Positions 1 through 7,606 of a stretch of DNA of 38,341 bases are shown piece by piece. How positions within the stretch are numbered: the stretch's first letter is position 1; every line of letters starts with the position of its first letter. The DNA is taken from IMG/VR virus record IMGVR_UViG_3300020045_005409, positions 1-38,341 of that record; one strand, written 5' to 3'. The translations under genes and the position numbers were made by a program. The notes under the pieces were generated by a model. That model had not been told where the DNA came from, did no database searches, and saw nothing but the letters and a program-made list of their open reading frames with translations. The stretch is from a virus (taxonomy: Duplodnaviria > Caudoviricetes).

Positions 1-718
1 AGTACATACCGGCGAAAGTATTCCAATCTCCAAGTCTCCACGCTTTCCATAGTTCTATGTCCGTGCCCTTGAGAGCATCCAACATCTTTATGTATCCAGG
101 ATCGTTCTCTTTGAGAATAGGGTTGTCGTCTACAGAACCGGGTAAAAATATTCTAGTCCTACCCGATATATCATCCTCAAACAAAACACCCCCATGCGGC
201 TCCTTATCAATTCTCCACCTTTTCATAACCCATACATGACCATGGCCGCCGGGGTTAGTAGTCGCCATCACCCTGGGCTCCAACCCGGGTACAGTAGAAC
301 GGCAAGAAGCTATTAGCTGTAGATATCTCTTTTCATCTGGTATTTGGGTGAGTTCCTCGATTAATTGTCTTTGATACTCCTGACCTTGGTACTTGGTATA
401 GGCATTATCGTCCTTAAGATGCCCGGCCTTAATGGTGTATCCACTAGGAAACTTTATGTTTCCGGGATTACCAGTAACCACACCACCATACCTCTTGTAC
501 CAAAATCTAGCACGGTCCAGCCAATCTCCAAGATCATCACTATTCTTACGGATAACTAGTGCACGAGCTCTCGGTTCATTTATTAGATATGGCTTAGCTA
601 GCCACATGACGCCACCGTCTGTCTTTCCAGGTCCACGAGATCCTCCCGCTAAAGTCTCAAAGGCCTTGGACTGGAGCATCTTGGTCTGCATCCCGGGGAA
701 CGGTTTCCACTCGATCAC
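1..718 (-). CDS. terL: Terminase large subunit, N-terminal ATPase part (runs off window)
   Basis: Not in the ORF track. Manual translation from GTG at 718 (GTGA overlap with the terS stop): MIEWKPFPGMQ...Walker A GGSRGPGKT...Walker B QLIEELTQ...motif III ATTNPGGHGHVWV...DNPIL...GDW; open to the window edge. Confidence 0.93.
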   Translation of the reverse strand, partial: MIEWKPFPGMQTKMLQSKAFETLAGGSRGPGKTDGGVMWLAKPYLINEPRARALVIRKNSDDLGDWLDRARFWYKRYGGVVTGNPGNIKFPSGYTIKAGHLKDDNAYTKYQGQEYQRQLIEELTQIPDEKRYLQLIASCRSTVPGLEPRVMATTNPGGHGHVWVMKRWRIDKEPHGGVLFEDDISGRTRIFLPGSVDDNPILKENDPGYIKMLDALKGTDIELWKAWRLGDWNTFAGMY

Positions 719-1107
719 TTTTCTTCTGGTATATATATCGTCGGTAGTTCTATCTTCTCTCCCTTGCTAGTTAGGTCCGTCTCGCTTTTGTCTCTCATGC
801 CGTGATTATTCATAAGAAGCAATTTAACGATTGTTGAGTTCACCTCCTTGCCACCATATATACCATCATCTATCAAAACTTCCTCCTGTTTTTCCATTAT
901 CTTTTCCAAAGCGTCGGAAAAATCTTTGTGTAACTTCGCCCATTCGTACAAACTATCCTTACTCACTCCAATGTACCTAGCAAAGCTAACTATCTTAGGT
1001 AAATGTGTCTGTTCCCTACCAGTCGTCTCCAGATACTCATCGACCATCAGAATATACTTGGGGTCATATTTAGTCGGTCTGCCTTTTCTACTGGGTATAT
1101 CCGCCAT
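715..1107 (-). CDS. terS: Terminase small subunit
   Basis: GRPTKY N-terminus, HTH-like FARYIGVSKDSLYEW, C-terminal DLTSKGEKI; directly upstream of terL. Confidence 0.85.
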   Translation of the reverse strand: MADIPSRKGRPTKYDPKYILMVDEYLETTGREQTHLPKIVSFARYIGVSKDSLYEWAKLHKDFSDALEKIMEKQEEVLIDDGIYGGKEVNSTIVKLLLMNNHGMRDKSETDLTSKGEKIELPTIYIPEEK

Positions 1108-1123
1108 ATATAGTCACATTATA
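1108..1123 (-). promoter_or_regulatory. -10 box (TATAAT) 10 nt upstream of terS ATG; near-leaderless promoter
   Basis: Minus strand CACTATAAT-GTGACTATAT-ATG. Confidence 0.55.
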
Positions 1124-1137
1124 GTGCATAAATACCT

Positions 1138-1272
1138 TTCGGGTTTCTATACGATTCGCACTTCCCTTTTCACCAAAAGCCCCCCTCTCGTGCCTAGCTA
1201 GTGGGGGAGAATGGTAGCGGGGGAGTGGGGGATTAACCCCTTCGGGTTTATATACTCCTTACTTTCGGGTTT
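1138..1272. repeat. Three copies of TTCGGGTTT with G5/C6 tracts upstream of terS
   Basis: TTCGGGTTT at 1138, 1241 and 1264; G5 runs at 1203-1231; C6 run at about 1180. Confidence 0.6.
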
Positions 1273-1528
1273 TATTCAGTTCGTCCAGAACACTAGTCAT
1301 AGCCTCATCTTCCTCTTTTAGCCAGGGTGCATCTCTAAACTTGATCTCTTGAGCAGTAGGTCTCTCTACAGCCCCTATTCTATTGTCTTTTAGGGGGTTC
1401 AATTTACTTAGCTTCTTGCCTAGGGACTTTCTCCACTCACCAGTACTCTCACCAACGCTACTCCTACCCAAAACATAGCCTATTAGGATACAGGTTATCG
1501 ATAAAACACTGGTTATGTATTCATTCAT
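1259..1528 (-). CDS. Hypothetical membrane-anchored protein
   Basis: Likely start MNEYITSVLSITCILIGYVLG (hydrophobic N-terminus), overlapping the upstream stop. Confidence 0.65.
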   Translation of the reverse strand: MNEYITSVLSITCILIGYVLGRSSVGESTGEWRKSLGKKLSKLNPLKDNRIGAVERPTAQEIKFRDAPWLKEEDEAMTSVLDELNKTRK

Positions 1529-1847
1529 TGTCCTTATAATACTGGTTTTCCACCCATACTGGCTTAGCATTCTTAACCTCTTCTCTTGAGACTCTACCTT
1601 CCCTAACCATCTGTTGTACAGACTCGGGATATTTAGTTACATACTCCTTGCTCAAGCTAGATTCCCTAAAAGGTTGCAAAATATCTGTTTTATATACTTT
1701 TCTGTCCTCTTTTATACCATCACTCGTTACTTCTATAGTCTCCTTTATTCTATCTGCTTTATGTTTATCCTGGCACTCCTGGCAGTATGTCCAGCCAATG
1801 GGGTGAGTGAATAGACCCTCATTCCGGTTACAATTTAGGCAGATCAC
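1521..1847 (-). CDS. Hypothetical Zn-finger protein
   Basis: CLNC...CQEC; GTGA overlap with the groEL stop. Confidence 0.7.
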   Translation of the reverse strand: MICLNCNRNEGLFTHPIGWTYCQECQDKHKADRIKETIEVTSDGIKEDRKVYKTDILQPFRESSLSKEYVTKYPESVQQMVREGRVSREEVKNAKPVWVENQYYKDNE

Positions 1848-3433
1848 TTCTTTACATTATCTTCTGGTCTCTCATCTCCCACCACCGCCGCGCCGGTTGT
1901 GATTAACTGAATAGCTACACTAACGGCAGTCTTAATGGCACTGGTAGGTACGAGGGTGGGATCGATGATACCCTCCTTGACCATGTTTTTAAATTGTCCG
2001 TCAGTGACGTCTAATCCGTAAAGATATTCGGCTTCAGACCACTCCGCTAACTTTTCTCCACCATCAAACCCAGCATTCTCGACGAGTTTCTTAAATGGCC
2101 TGGCAAGTGCGTCGAATAGTATCTTATGTCCTAACTTATCCTTATCTAGCACCTCTCTAGCTGTTAGATACACCGTCTCACCTCCTGGCACTATTCCATA
2201 TTTAGTAGCGGCTTGAGTAGCGGCCACAGCATCTATAGCACGTTCTTTCCTCTCATTCGTTTCCACTTCAACTTCACCACCAATCTTGATGACGGCAATT
2301 CCATTGGTTAGTTTTCCATATCTCTCTCTTAGTTTCTGCTTGTCCCATTCTCCAATCTCTGGGTCTTCTCCTTGAGTCTTAATTACCTGAATTCGTTGTA
2401 ATACATCGTCTTTATGACCAGCACCACCCCTGATTATTGTCGATATCTTACTTGAGATGATCTTCTGGGCATGTCCCAAGTCGTCAAACTTAAGCTGATC
2501 GAATTTCATATTGGCGTCACGAGATACGAACTTAGCTCCAGTCATGGCGCAGATATCTTGAAGGACATCTCTCTGATGCTGAGCTACACCTGGGGCGCGT
2601 ACCGCTATGCCTAGGAACTTGCCCTCTATCTTGGAATTCAGGAGTACTTGTAAGAAGTCACCGCCTATTTCTGGAGAGATGAATAGCATTTTGTTTACTC
2701 CATTTGGTACAACTTCGCTCTCTAAAAATTTGGCCACCTGGCTTATGTTTTGAAGTGGTATATCAGTTACTAGGATGTGACAGTCCTCAAGTACAGCTGT
2801 CATGCGTTCGCGTTCTGTCGCCATGAACTCGTGGGCATATCCCTTGTCTATCTGCATACCCTCTTGCATCTCAACGATAGTATCGGCGGCTTTGGACTCC
2901 TCAACGGTGACTATTCCTTCCTCACCAATCTTATGGACGGTCTCTGCTATCAACTTACCAAGTTCGGCGTCTCCTGCCGAAACCGTGGCCACGCTTATTT
3001 TCTGTTCTAGTGTCTTTATGGGACGGGATAGTTTCTCTACTTTGGCAATGACAAGCTTACTAGCTTCTTCCATCTCTCGCCTTAGCGACATGCTATTAAC
3101 CCCACCAGATACAGCCTTGAGGGCCTCTTTAAGTATGGCCTGAGCTAATACCATAACGGCGGTTGTACCGTCACCCACAGCATCCCTTTGTTTCTTGGCC
3201 GCTTCTTGAATAATCCTAGCTCCTAGAGAGGCATAGGGGTCACGAGGCTTAACCGATTCTGAAACTGAGACTCCATCGTGTAGTACGACCACCGCATATC
3301 CCTTGTCTATAGCTACGTTCTTACCACGAGGACCAAGAGTGGTAGTTGTAGCATCACATACTAGGTTCACGCCCTCCATTAGCTTAGCTATCGCCTCATC
3401 TCCTAAAGTAACCTGGGTAAACTTACTTGTCAT
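1844..3433 (-). CDS. groEL: Chaperonin GroEL (Cpn60), phage-encoded
   Basis: TLGPRG, DGVSV, GDGTT, IDAVAAT (catalytic Asp equivalent), GIVPGG and GIIDP motifs; likely start MTSKF at 3433; no GGM tail. Confidence 0.96.
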   Translation of the reverse strand: MTSKFTQVTLGDEAIAKLMEGVNLVCDATTTTLGPRGKNVAIDKGYAVVVLHDGVSVSESVKPRDPYASLGARIIQEAAKKQRDAVGDGTTAVMVLAQAILKEALKAVSGGVNSMSLRREMEEASKLVIAKVEKLSRPIKTLEQKISVATVSAGDAELGKLIAETVHKIGEEGIVTVEESKAADTIVEMQEGMQIDKGYAHEFMATERERMTAVLEDCHILVTDIPLQNISQVAKFLESEVVPNGVNKMLFISPEIGGDFLQVLLNSKIEGKFLGIAVRAPGVAQHQRDVLQDICAMTGAKFVSRDANMKFDQLKFDDLGHAQKIISSKISTIIRGGAGHKDDVLQRIQVIKTQGEDPEIGEWDKQKLRERYGKLTNGIAVIKIGGEVEVETNERKERAIDAVAATQAATKYGIVPGGETVYLTAREVLDKDKLGHKILFDALARPFKKLVENAGFDGGEKLAEWSEAEYLYGLDVTDGQFKNMVKEGIIDPTLVPTSAIKTAVSVAIQLITTGAAVVGDERPEDNVKK

Positions 3434-3740
3434 CAACATCTGATTCGTCTTTTTTGGTAACAACTTCTGACAGCTTTGCAATTATTTGATAATAGGGTAC
3501 AGCACGGTATGGTAAATGATCTACATCAAACGTCTCCTGTGCATAACGATGAATGATTACATCTCCTACGCTAACGGGGCATACACGCTTGTTACCGTGG
3601 TCATCAAGATATTCATCACCTACAGCTATTACTTTTGATTTCTGAGACTCTCCCACTTCTTCCTTAATACTCGAAAATGTCTGATCTGGGACATATGGTT
3701 CGCAAATAACAAAACCTGGAAGTGGAGATATTTTTCTCAT
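3423..3740 (-). CDS. groES: Co-chaperonin GroES (Cpn10), divergent
   Basis: ISPLPGFVIC...KVIAVG.....G.RVCPVSVGDVII...IIA; immediately upstream of groEL. Confidence 0.88.
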   Translation of the reverse strand: MRKISPLPGFVICEPYVPDQTFSSIKEEVGESQKSKVIAVGDEYLDDHGNKRVCPVSVGDVIIHRYAQETFDVDHLPYRAVPYYQIIAKLSEVVTKKDESDVDDK

Positions 3741-3759
3741 AATTAAGTTTGCTTTAATC

Positions 3760-3788
3760 GCCTGCCTAAGCTACTAGACCAGACAGGC
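3760..3788 (-). promoter_or_regulatory. Leader hairpin upstream of groES
   Basis: GCCTGTCTGG-loop-TTAGGCAGGC on the minus strand, no U-tract. Confidence 0.55.
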
Positions 3789-3795
3789 TAACGAT

Positions 3796-3824
3796 AGTTT
3801 AACTTATAAATATATGACCGTCAA
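3796..3824 (-). promoter_or_regulatory. Sigma70-type promoter for the groES-groEL unit
   Basis: TTGACG-N17-TAAACT on the minus strand. Confidence 0.65.
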
Positions 3825-3827
3825 CAC

Positions 3828-3836
3828 TGATATAAT
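3828..3836 (+). promoter_or_regulatory. Extended -10 promoter (TGATATAAT) for the HTH gene, near-leaderless
   Basis: TGATATAAT 8 nt before ATG 3845; divergent from the groES promoter. Confidence 0.65.
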
Positions 3837-3844
3837 AGCCATCA

Positions 3845-4162
3845 ATGTCACCACTCCGCTCCCAAGCCACTGAACTCCGCAAACAAGGTCTTACTTTTCA
3901 CGAAATTGGTCAAAGGTTGGGGGTTACTAGACAGAGGGCGTTCACTTTGATTACAGGCAACAAAGCAATTCATCGATACGCTTACAAGCATGCACCCGAG
4001 ATCTTCAATAAAACTTACTGTCAAAACTGTGGGGCAGAAGAACCGAACACGTTTATCTTGCTTGATCCTACCAAAGAACTCGCACCCGATAACCTAATCA
4101 AACTCTGTAAGTTGTGCGGGATTAAGATCGTATCCAAGAGAAGAAACTACAAGAATAGGTAA
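3845..4162 (+). CDS. HTH DNA-binding protein with C-terminal Zn/HNH-like domain; candidate regulator
   Basis: LRKQGLTFHEIGQRLGVTRQRA (sigma70-region-4-like HTH); CQNC...NLIKLCKLC without catalytic His. Confidence 0.75.
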   Translation: MSPLRSQATELRKQGLTFHEIGQRLGVTRQRAFTLITGNKAIHRYAYKHAPEIFNKTYCQNCGAEEPNTFILLDPTKELAPDNLIKLCKLCGIKIVSKRRNYKNR

Positions 4163-4181
4163 TTGATCTAGTTTGATGTAG

Positions 4182-4209
4182 TTGATTCGTTGTATAGATG
4201 TGTTATAGT
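4182..4209 (+). promoter_or_regulatory. Promoter with extended -10
   Basis: TTGATT-N16-TATAGT with TG at the extended position. Confidence 0.55.
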
Positions 4210-4331
4210 TTCATTACAGTTATTAAGACTGTGGATGGGATCGTTGTAATGAATAATATAGCTACTTTTGGGAGGTGCTGTGTTTCTGTTATTCTTACAG
4301 CACGCACCACATCCTAAGAGTAGCTTTTTTT
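4210..4331 (+). terminator. Structured leader ending in an intrinsic terminator (attenuator)
   Basis: TTCATTACA/TGTAATGAA stem; 14-bp AGCTACTTTTGGGA/TCCTAAGAGTAGCT stem enclosing GTGCTGT/ACAGCAC, followed by a T run and then GTG. Confidence 0.7.
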
Positions 4332-4601
4332 GTGACTTGTAAGTACTGCCAATCAGACAGAGTAGTTCCAGTTAAGTTGCTTGGTTATGGACCTAAGGAT
4401 GGTGTTGTGTACCACTACAAGCTAATCTGCCAATCGTGTAAGAAACAGCGCTTCGTTAAGAGAACTCAAACAAACTTCGACACTTTCGTTAATATAACCT
4501 GGACCAAGTCCAAATCATTCATAGCAAATCAAACAGTTAAACGATTATCGGCAGACTCACCAGGCTGTTTGGTTGAAGATAGGTGGGAGACAAAACCCTG
4601 A
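4332..4601 (+). CDS. Small Zn-ribbon protein
   Basis: In-frame GTG directly after the U-tract: MTCKYC...ICQSCKK. Confidence 0.6.
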   Translation: MTCKYCQSDRVVPVKLLGYGPKDGVVYHYKLICQSCKKQRFVKRTQTNFDTFVNITWTKSKSFIANQTVKRLSADSPGCLVEDRWETKP

Positions 4602-4869
4602 AAGAGGTGGTGAGAGCATGGTTAGCTTCCTGCTAAGCAAACGAAATAGCAGGGCGTGACTGGGAGACCAGGCTGTAGAGTGAACAGCACCGATCTAGTA
4701 AGACACACGGATACACGTAACGAAGTGAAACGACTAGACAATAGCACTTGCAAGGTAACGGAGAGAAAACCGACTAATTACCCCACAGACAATATACGAG
4801 CATTAAACCCCGTATTGGCCCTATGCGTTCTTGGGAGGATAACTTGGTGGTGAATAACCACCGTTTAAC
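4536..4869 (+). ncRNA. Large multi-branch structured RNA candidate (about 330 nt)
   Basis: Closing pair GTTAAACG(4536)/CGTTTAAC(4862); internal stems CTCACCA/TGGTGAG, CCTGCTA/TAGCAGG, CTGG-GAGA-CCAG, GCTGT/ACAGC, TCTAGT/ACTAGA, GGTAA/TTACC, GGTGGT/ACCACC. Confidence 0.55.
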
Positions 4870-4949
4870 CAGTTAACCGAATAATATTTTTTGAACAGGG
4901 GTCTAAGGGGAATTGACTGGGGGTTGGAAGACTACTTCTTTGCTTACAG

Positions 4950-4995
4950 GTACACAACAAGTACAGAATGAGTACAGGACGGGTACAGAAGTGCA
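4950..4995 (+). repeat. Iteron-like GTACA repeats at 11-bp spacing (putative origin)
   Basis: GTACA at 4950, 4961, 4972 and 4983 (plus GTGCA at 4991), followed by an AT-rich tract to about 5110. Confidence 0.6.
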
Positions 4996-5110
4996 CTTAG
5001 TTATTGCGCATTATTAAGGATCAACCTTATACTCACGAAAGAATAACGGGAAAATTTATTCAATTGTTATTGGCGTAATAACTATATCAAACAGTATCTT
5101 ACTTGCTATA

Positions 5111-5139
5111 TTGACAGTTGTCAACACGGCTAGTAGACT
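5111..5139 (+). promoter_or_regulatory. Early sigma70 promoter with palindromic operator; leaderless
   Basis: TTGACA-N17-TAGACT, 6 nt to ATG 5146; TTGACA-GT-TGTCAA inverted repeat over the -35. Confidence 0.75.
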
Positions 5140-5145
5140 AGAGGC

Positions 5146-5394
5146 ATGATAAACACATACAAAGGTTTTAAAGGTTTTGTTAGAAGGTTGAAATGTTTTT
5201 TTCTAGGACACACAGATAAATTCACACCGGAGGAGATGGAGCAGGGAGTGCAGGAGCTGTTGGATAATATAAAGAAAACGAAAGATAAGGAAGCATTTGA
5301 GAAGTTTGTTCGCAAAGAAACTAAGAAGCTGGTTAAGACTTACATTAAAGAGAACAGATATTGCCCTAGGTGTGGCAAGAATAATATTAGGTAA
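5146..5394 (+). CDS. Small Zn-binding protein (DUF1660-like)
   Basis: LKCFFLGH...YCPRCGK. Confidence 0.65.
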   Translation: MINTYKGFKGFVRRLKCFFLGHTDKFTPEEMEQGVQELLDNIKKTKDKEAFEKFVRKETKKLVKTYIKENRYCPRCGKNNIR

Positions 5395-5398
5395 AGCT

Positions 5399-5653
5399 AT
5401 GAAAATAACCGAAAAGAAACTGAGAAAAATAGTTAGACTTGCTTTAAGAGGGGCTTATGAGAACATATGCGACGTTATAACAGCCGAAGAACTAAAGGAT
5501 GAGCCGGTAGTTGCTACGCTTGAGGTAGATTATGGATTTACGGATAAGGCTGGCGATACTATCAAGTGCGAGAGATGCGGTAAGTTTATTTCTAAGGGAG
5601 AAAACGTAGTCCACTGGTGTACACCTCCACACGACCACCCCCCATTCCAATGA
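5399..5653 (+). CDS. Hypothetical protein with C-terminal Zn finger
   Basis: Start MKITEKK; CERC...HWC. Confidence 0.6.
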   Translation: MKITEKKLRKIVRLALRGAYENICDVITAEELKDEPVVATLEVDYGFTDKAGDTIKCERCGKFISKGENVVHWCTPPHDHPPFQ

Positions 5654-5907
5654 CCTTCCTTGAATGGCTAGACACTAAAGTAAAAGAAGAACGGGAGCTG
5701 TACCGACTGGCTAAGGACGCAGGAGACACTGCTACCATGAGTGAGTGTTTAGAGCGGGGCAAGAGGTATCGCTGGCAACTAGATATGTTTAGTGAGTTCA
5801 AGAAGGCTAGACTAGCGGAGGAGATAGAATTAAGGAGATCAAACGAACATCTACTAACAACAGAAGAGATGAGCACGCCAGACCTAGAACAGGTATTTCA
5901 GGAGTAG
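5650..5907 (+). CDS. Hypothetical protein
   Basis: ATGA overlap with the upstream gene; MTFLEWL... Confidence 0.6.
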   Translation: MTFLEWLDTKVKEERELYRLAKDAGDTATMSECLERGKRYRWQLDMFSEFKKARLAEEIELRRSNEHLLTTEEMSTPDLEQVFQE

Positions 5908-5910
5908 AAT

Positions 5911-6420
5911 ATGATTATGAATAACGTCCCTGAGGCCAAGTTACTGCCAAATAGAATAGACGAACTATCACCTAGAAAAAGGAAAAACCTACTGGATAAA
6001 CTGATAGGAAAAATATTCAGTGGGTTTGAGCTAACTGAGGTGGAAAAGAGGGCAGTCGAGATCTTGGCGGAAAAAGAAAGAATAGATATGGCGTTTTTGT
6101 CTAGAGTCGGTCCAGACTTTAGTGACATTCTGAACAAAAGTCTTTTTAGGAAACTTAGTCTATGGGAAAGATTCCTCAATTTCTTAGGTATAAAATCTGT
6201 TTTGACAAGTAATAAACTAGATGAGTTGTGGAATAAACGACCGGATAGCCTTAAGAGCGACGGACCTTACCGGATGCCCAAAGATTTGGCCAGAGAATTA
6301 TCTAGAAAGGGGTCTTGCCAACTGGTTGACGGCGATAGATATTACTTTCAGAGGAAGTTAAATGCAAAATTAATTGACTCCTTCTTAAACGGTAAAAAAC
6401 TAAATGCCCGTCCCTCGTGA
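5911..6420 (+). CDS. Hypothetical protein
   Basis: 169-aa ORF in a tightly packed early operon. Confidence 0.65.
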   Translation: MIMNNVPEAKLLPNRIDELSPRKRKNLLDKLIGKIFSGFELTEVEKRAVEILAEKERIDMAFLSRVGPDFSDILNKSLFRKLSLWERFLNFLGIKSVLTSNKLDELWNKRPDSLKSDGPYRMPKDLARELSRKGSCQLVDGDRYYFQRKLNAKLIDSFLNGKKLNARPS

Positions 6421-6991
6421 ATGGAAAAGATCATTTGAACCGGACTTCTCCGAAGAAGCCGACAATGGCCACGAAGTAAAGACAGGGCTTTCACAAAGAC
6501 AAAAACAATGGTTGGTTAGAGCATGGACAGATCACTATGGCTTTGTACCGGATGCAGTGCCTAGGTATTCCGAAGAGAGAGGATTCTTCTTAGTGCCAGT
6601 AATTAACTGTGAGTGGCACCATGTTTGCAACCAAGGGTTTTCTAAACGGGTGATAAGTGAAGATCCCGACCGTCCCGAGAATTTGGTACCTGTTTCAAGC
6701 CGAAGCCACACTGGCAAAGGTAGGACGTGGCAAGATGAGGAGGATGATTTGTTTCTGATACACCCTGATACGCTAGAAGCCCTTAAACAGTGGGGATTAT
6801 TCAAGAACGACCAAATAGCTAACCCAATACTTGCAATGGTTTCTGAGAGGGCCAGACTAACCCACAGTGGCATTCTTTACCACGACTCAAGACTAGACAA
6901 CCACTTTAGGATGATGGCTGAGATAGTTACTGACAACTACATGGCGTTACACCCGGAGGACAGATGGCCTGCTGTCAAACATAGGAAGTAG
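6404..6991 (+). CDS. Hypothetical protein, possible divergent HNH-fold nuclease
   Basis: CEWHHV...DRPENLVPVSSRSH pattern resembles an HNH core. Confidence 0.5.
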   Translation: MPVPREWKRSFEPDFSEEADNGHEVKTGLSQRQKQWLVRAWTDHYGFVPDAVPRYSEERGFFLVPVINCEWHHVCNQGFSKRVISEDPDRPENLVPVSSRSHTGKGRTWQDEEDDLFLIHPDTLEALKQWGLFKNDQIANPILAMVSERARLTHSGILYHDSRLDNHFRMMAEIVTDNYMALHPEDRWPAVKHRK

Positions 6992-7060
6992 TAATGTCAA
7001 CGGAATAATTGTGGCAGGAATTGTGGTATGTGCAGTGCCAAAAATCTACTGTCTAGTGTA

Positions 7061-7096
7061 TGCCCTATTGACAGTGGGGTATTGACGAGGTATATT
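7061..7096 (+). promoter_or_regulatory. Early sigma70 promoter, copy 1 of a 27-bp repeat
   Basis: TTGACA-N17-TATATT; TGCCCTATTGACAGTGGGGTATTGACG identical to 9016-9042. Confidence 0.8.
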
Positions 7097-7127
7097 AAAG
7101 CTAGATTAAAAATTAGAAAAAAATTAG

Positions 7128-7331
7128 ATGAAAAAGGATAGTAGTTTCCCAAGGATCGAGAGTTACTTTCACTGTAGACACTGTATGAGTGGACAGTTAG
7201 CATGTGGTTTTACCAAAGAAGGATTGCAAGTATATTGCGAGACTTGTTCTATGAACGTCATAGACCTGGACTTCATGGGACAGAAGGTTAAACCTTATGA
7301 AAAGTTAGTATTAAAAACCATAAAAAATTAG
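7128..7331 (+). CDS. Small Cys-rich hypothetical protein
   Basis: HCRHC...YCETC; A-rich leader TTAAAATTAGAAAAAATTAG. Confidence 0.7.
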   Translation: MKKDSSFPRIESYFHCRHCMSGQLACGFTKEGLQVYCETCSMNVIDLDFMGQKVKPYEKLVLKTIKN

Positions 7332-7333
7332 AG

Positions 7334-7606
7334 ATGACAACAAACTTTGATCTGCTCCGAGAAGAGATACAAGATTCAGTTAGAAAATTCCTCAAGACCA
7401 CCACTGTTAAGACAGAAGTTCCTCAATCCGAACCTGGGTTGTATCCAGAATACAACTATGACGAGAGAGATCTGACTGATGAAGACTACAAGAACATAGA
7501 TTACGAGATTCACGCATTCCTAGAGAACCTAAAGGACTGGGCTGATGAGGATAAACTTAGTAATCAGAGAGTAACTGACTATTACAAAGCATCAAGAATA
7601 ATATGA
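7334..7606 (+). CDS. Acidic hypothetical protein
   Basis: ORF in operon, ATGA-coupled to the next gene. Confidence 0.65.
   Translation: MTTNFDLLREEIQDSVRKFLKTTTVKTEVPQSEPGLYPEYNYDERDLTDEDYKNIDYEIHAFLENLKDWADEDKLSNQRVTDYYKASRII

Noticed and set aside
1105-1123. ACTATA before terS as a seventh late leader
   Set aside because: Only weak G-U pairing, no terminator, and the motif overlaps the predicted transcription start.
3741-3795. CIRCE element upstream of groES
   Set aside because: The inverted repeat does not match TTAGCACTC-N9-GAGTGCTAA beyond TTAGC.
4595-4745. Group I intron R-like AACGACTAGAC and hammerhead-like CTGAAAGAG/CGAAA
   Set aside because: No matching S element (TAGTC) downstream, no interrupted gene, and the CUGANGA core spacing is wrong.
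4656-4853. 65-aa ORF inside the structured region
   Set aside because: No recognisable motif or start context; dense base-pairing explains the sequence better, though coding is not excluded.
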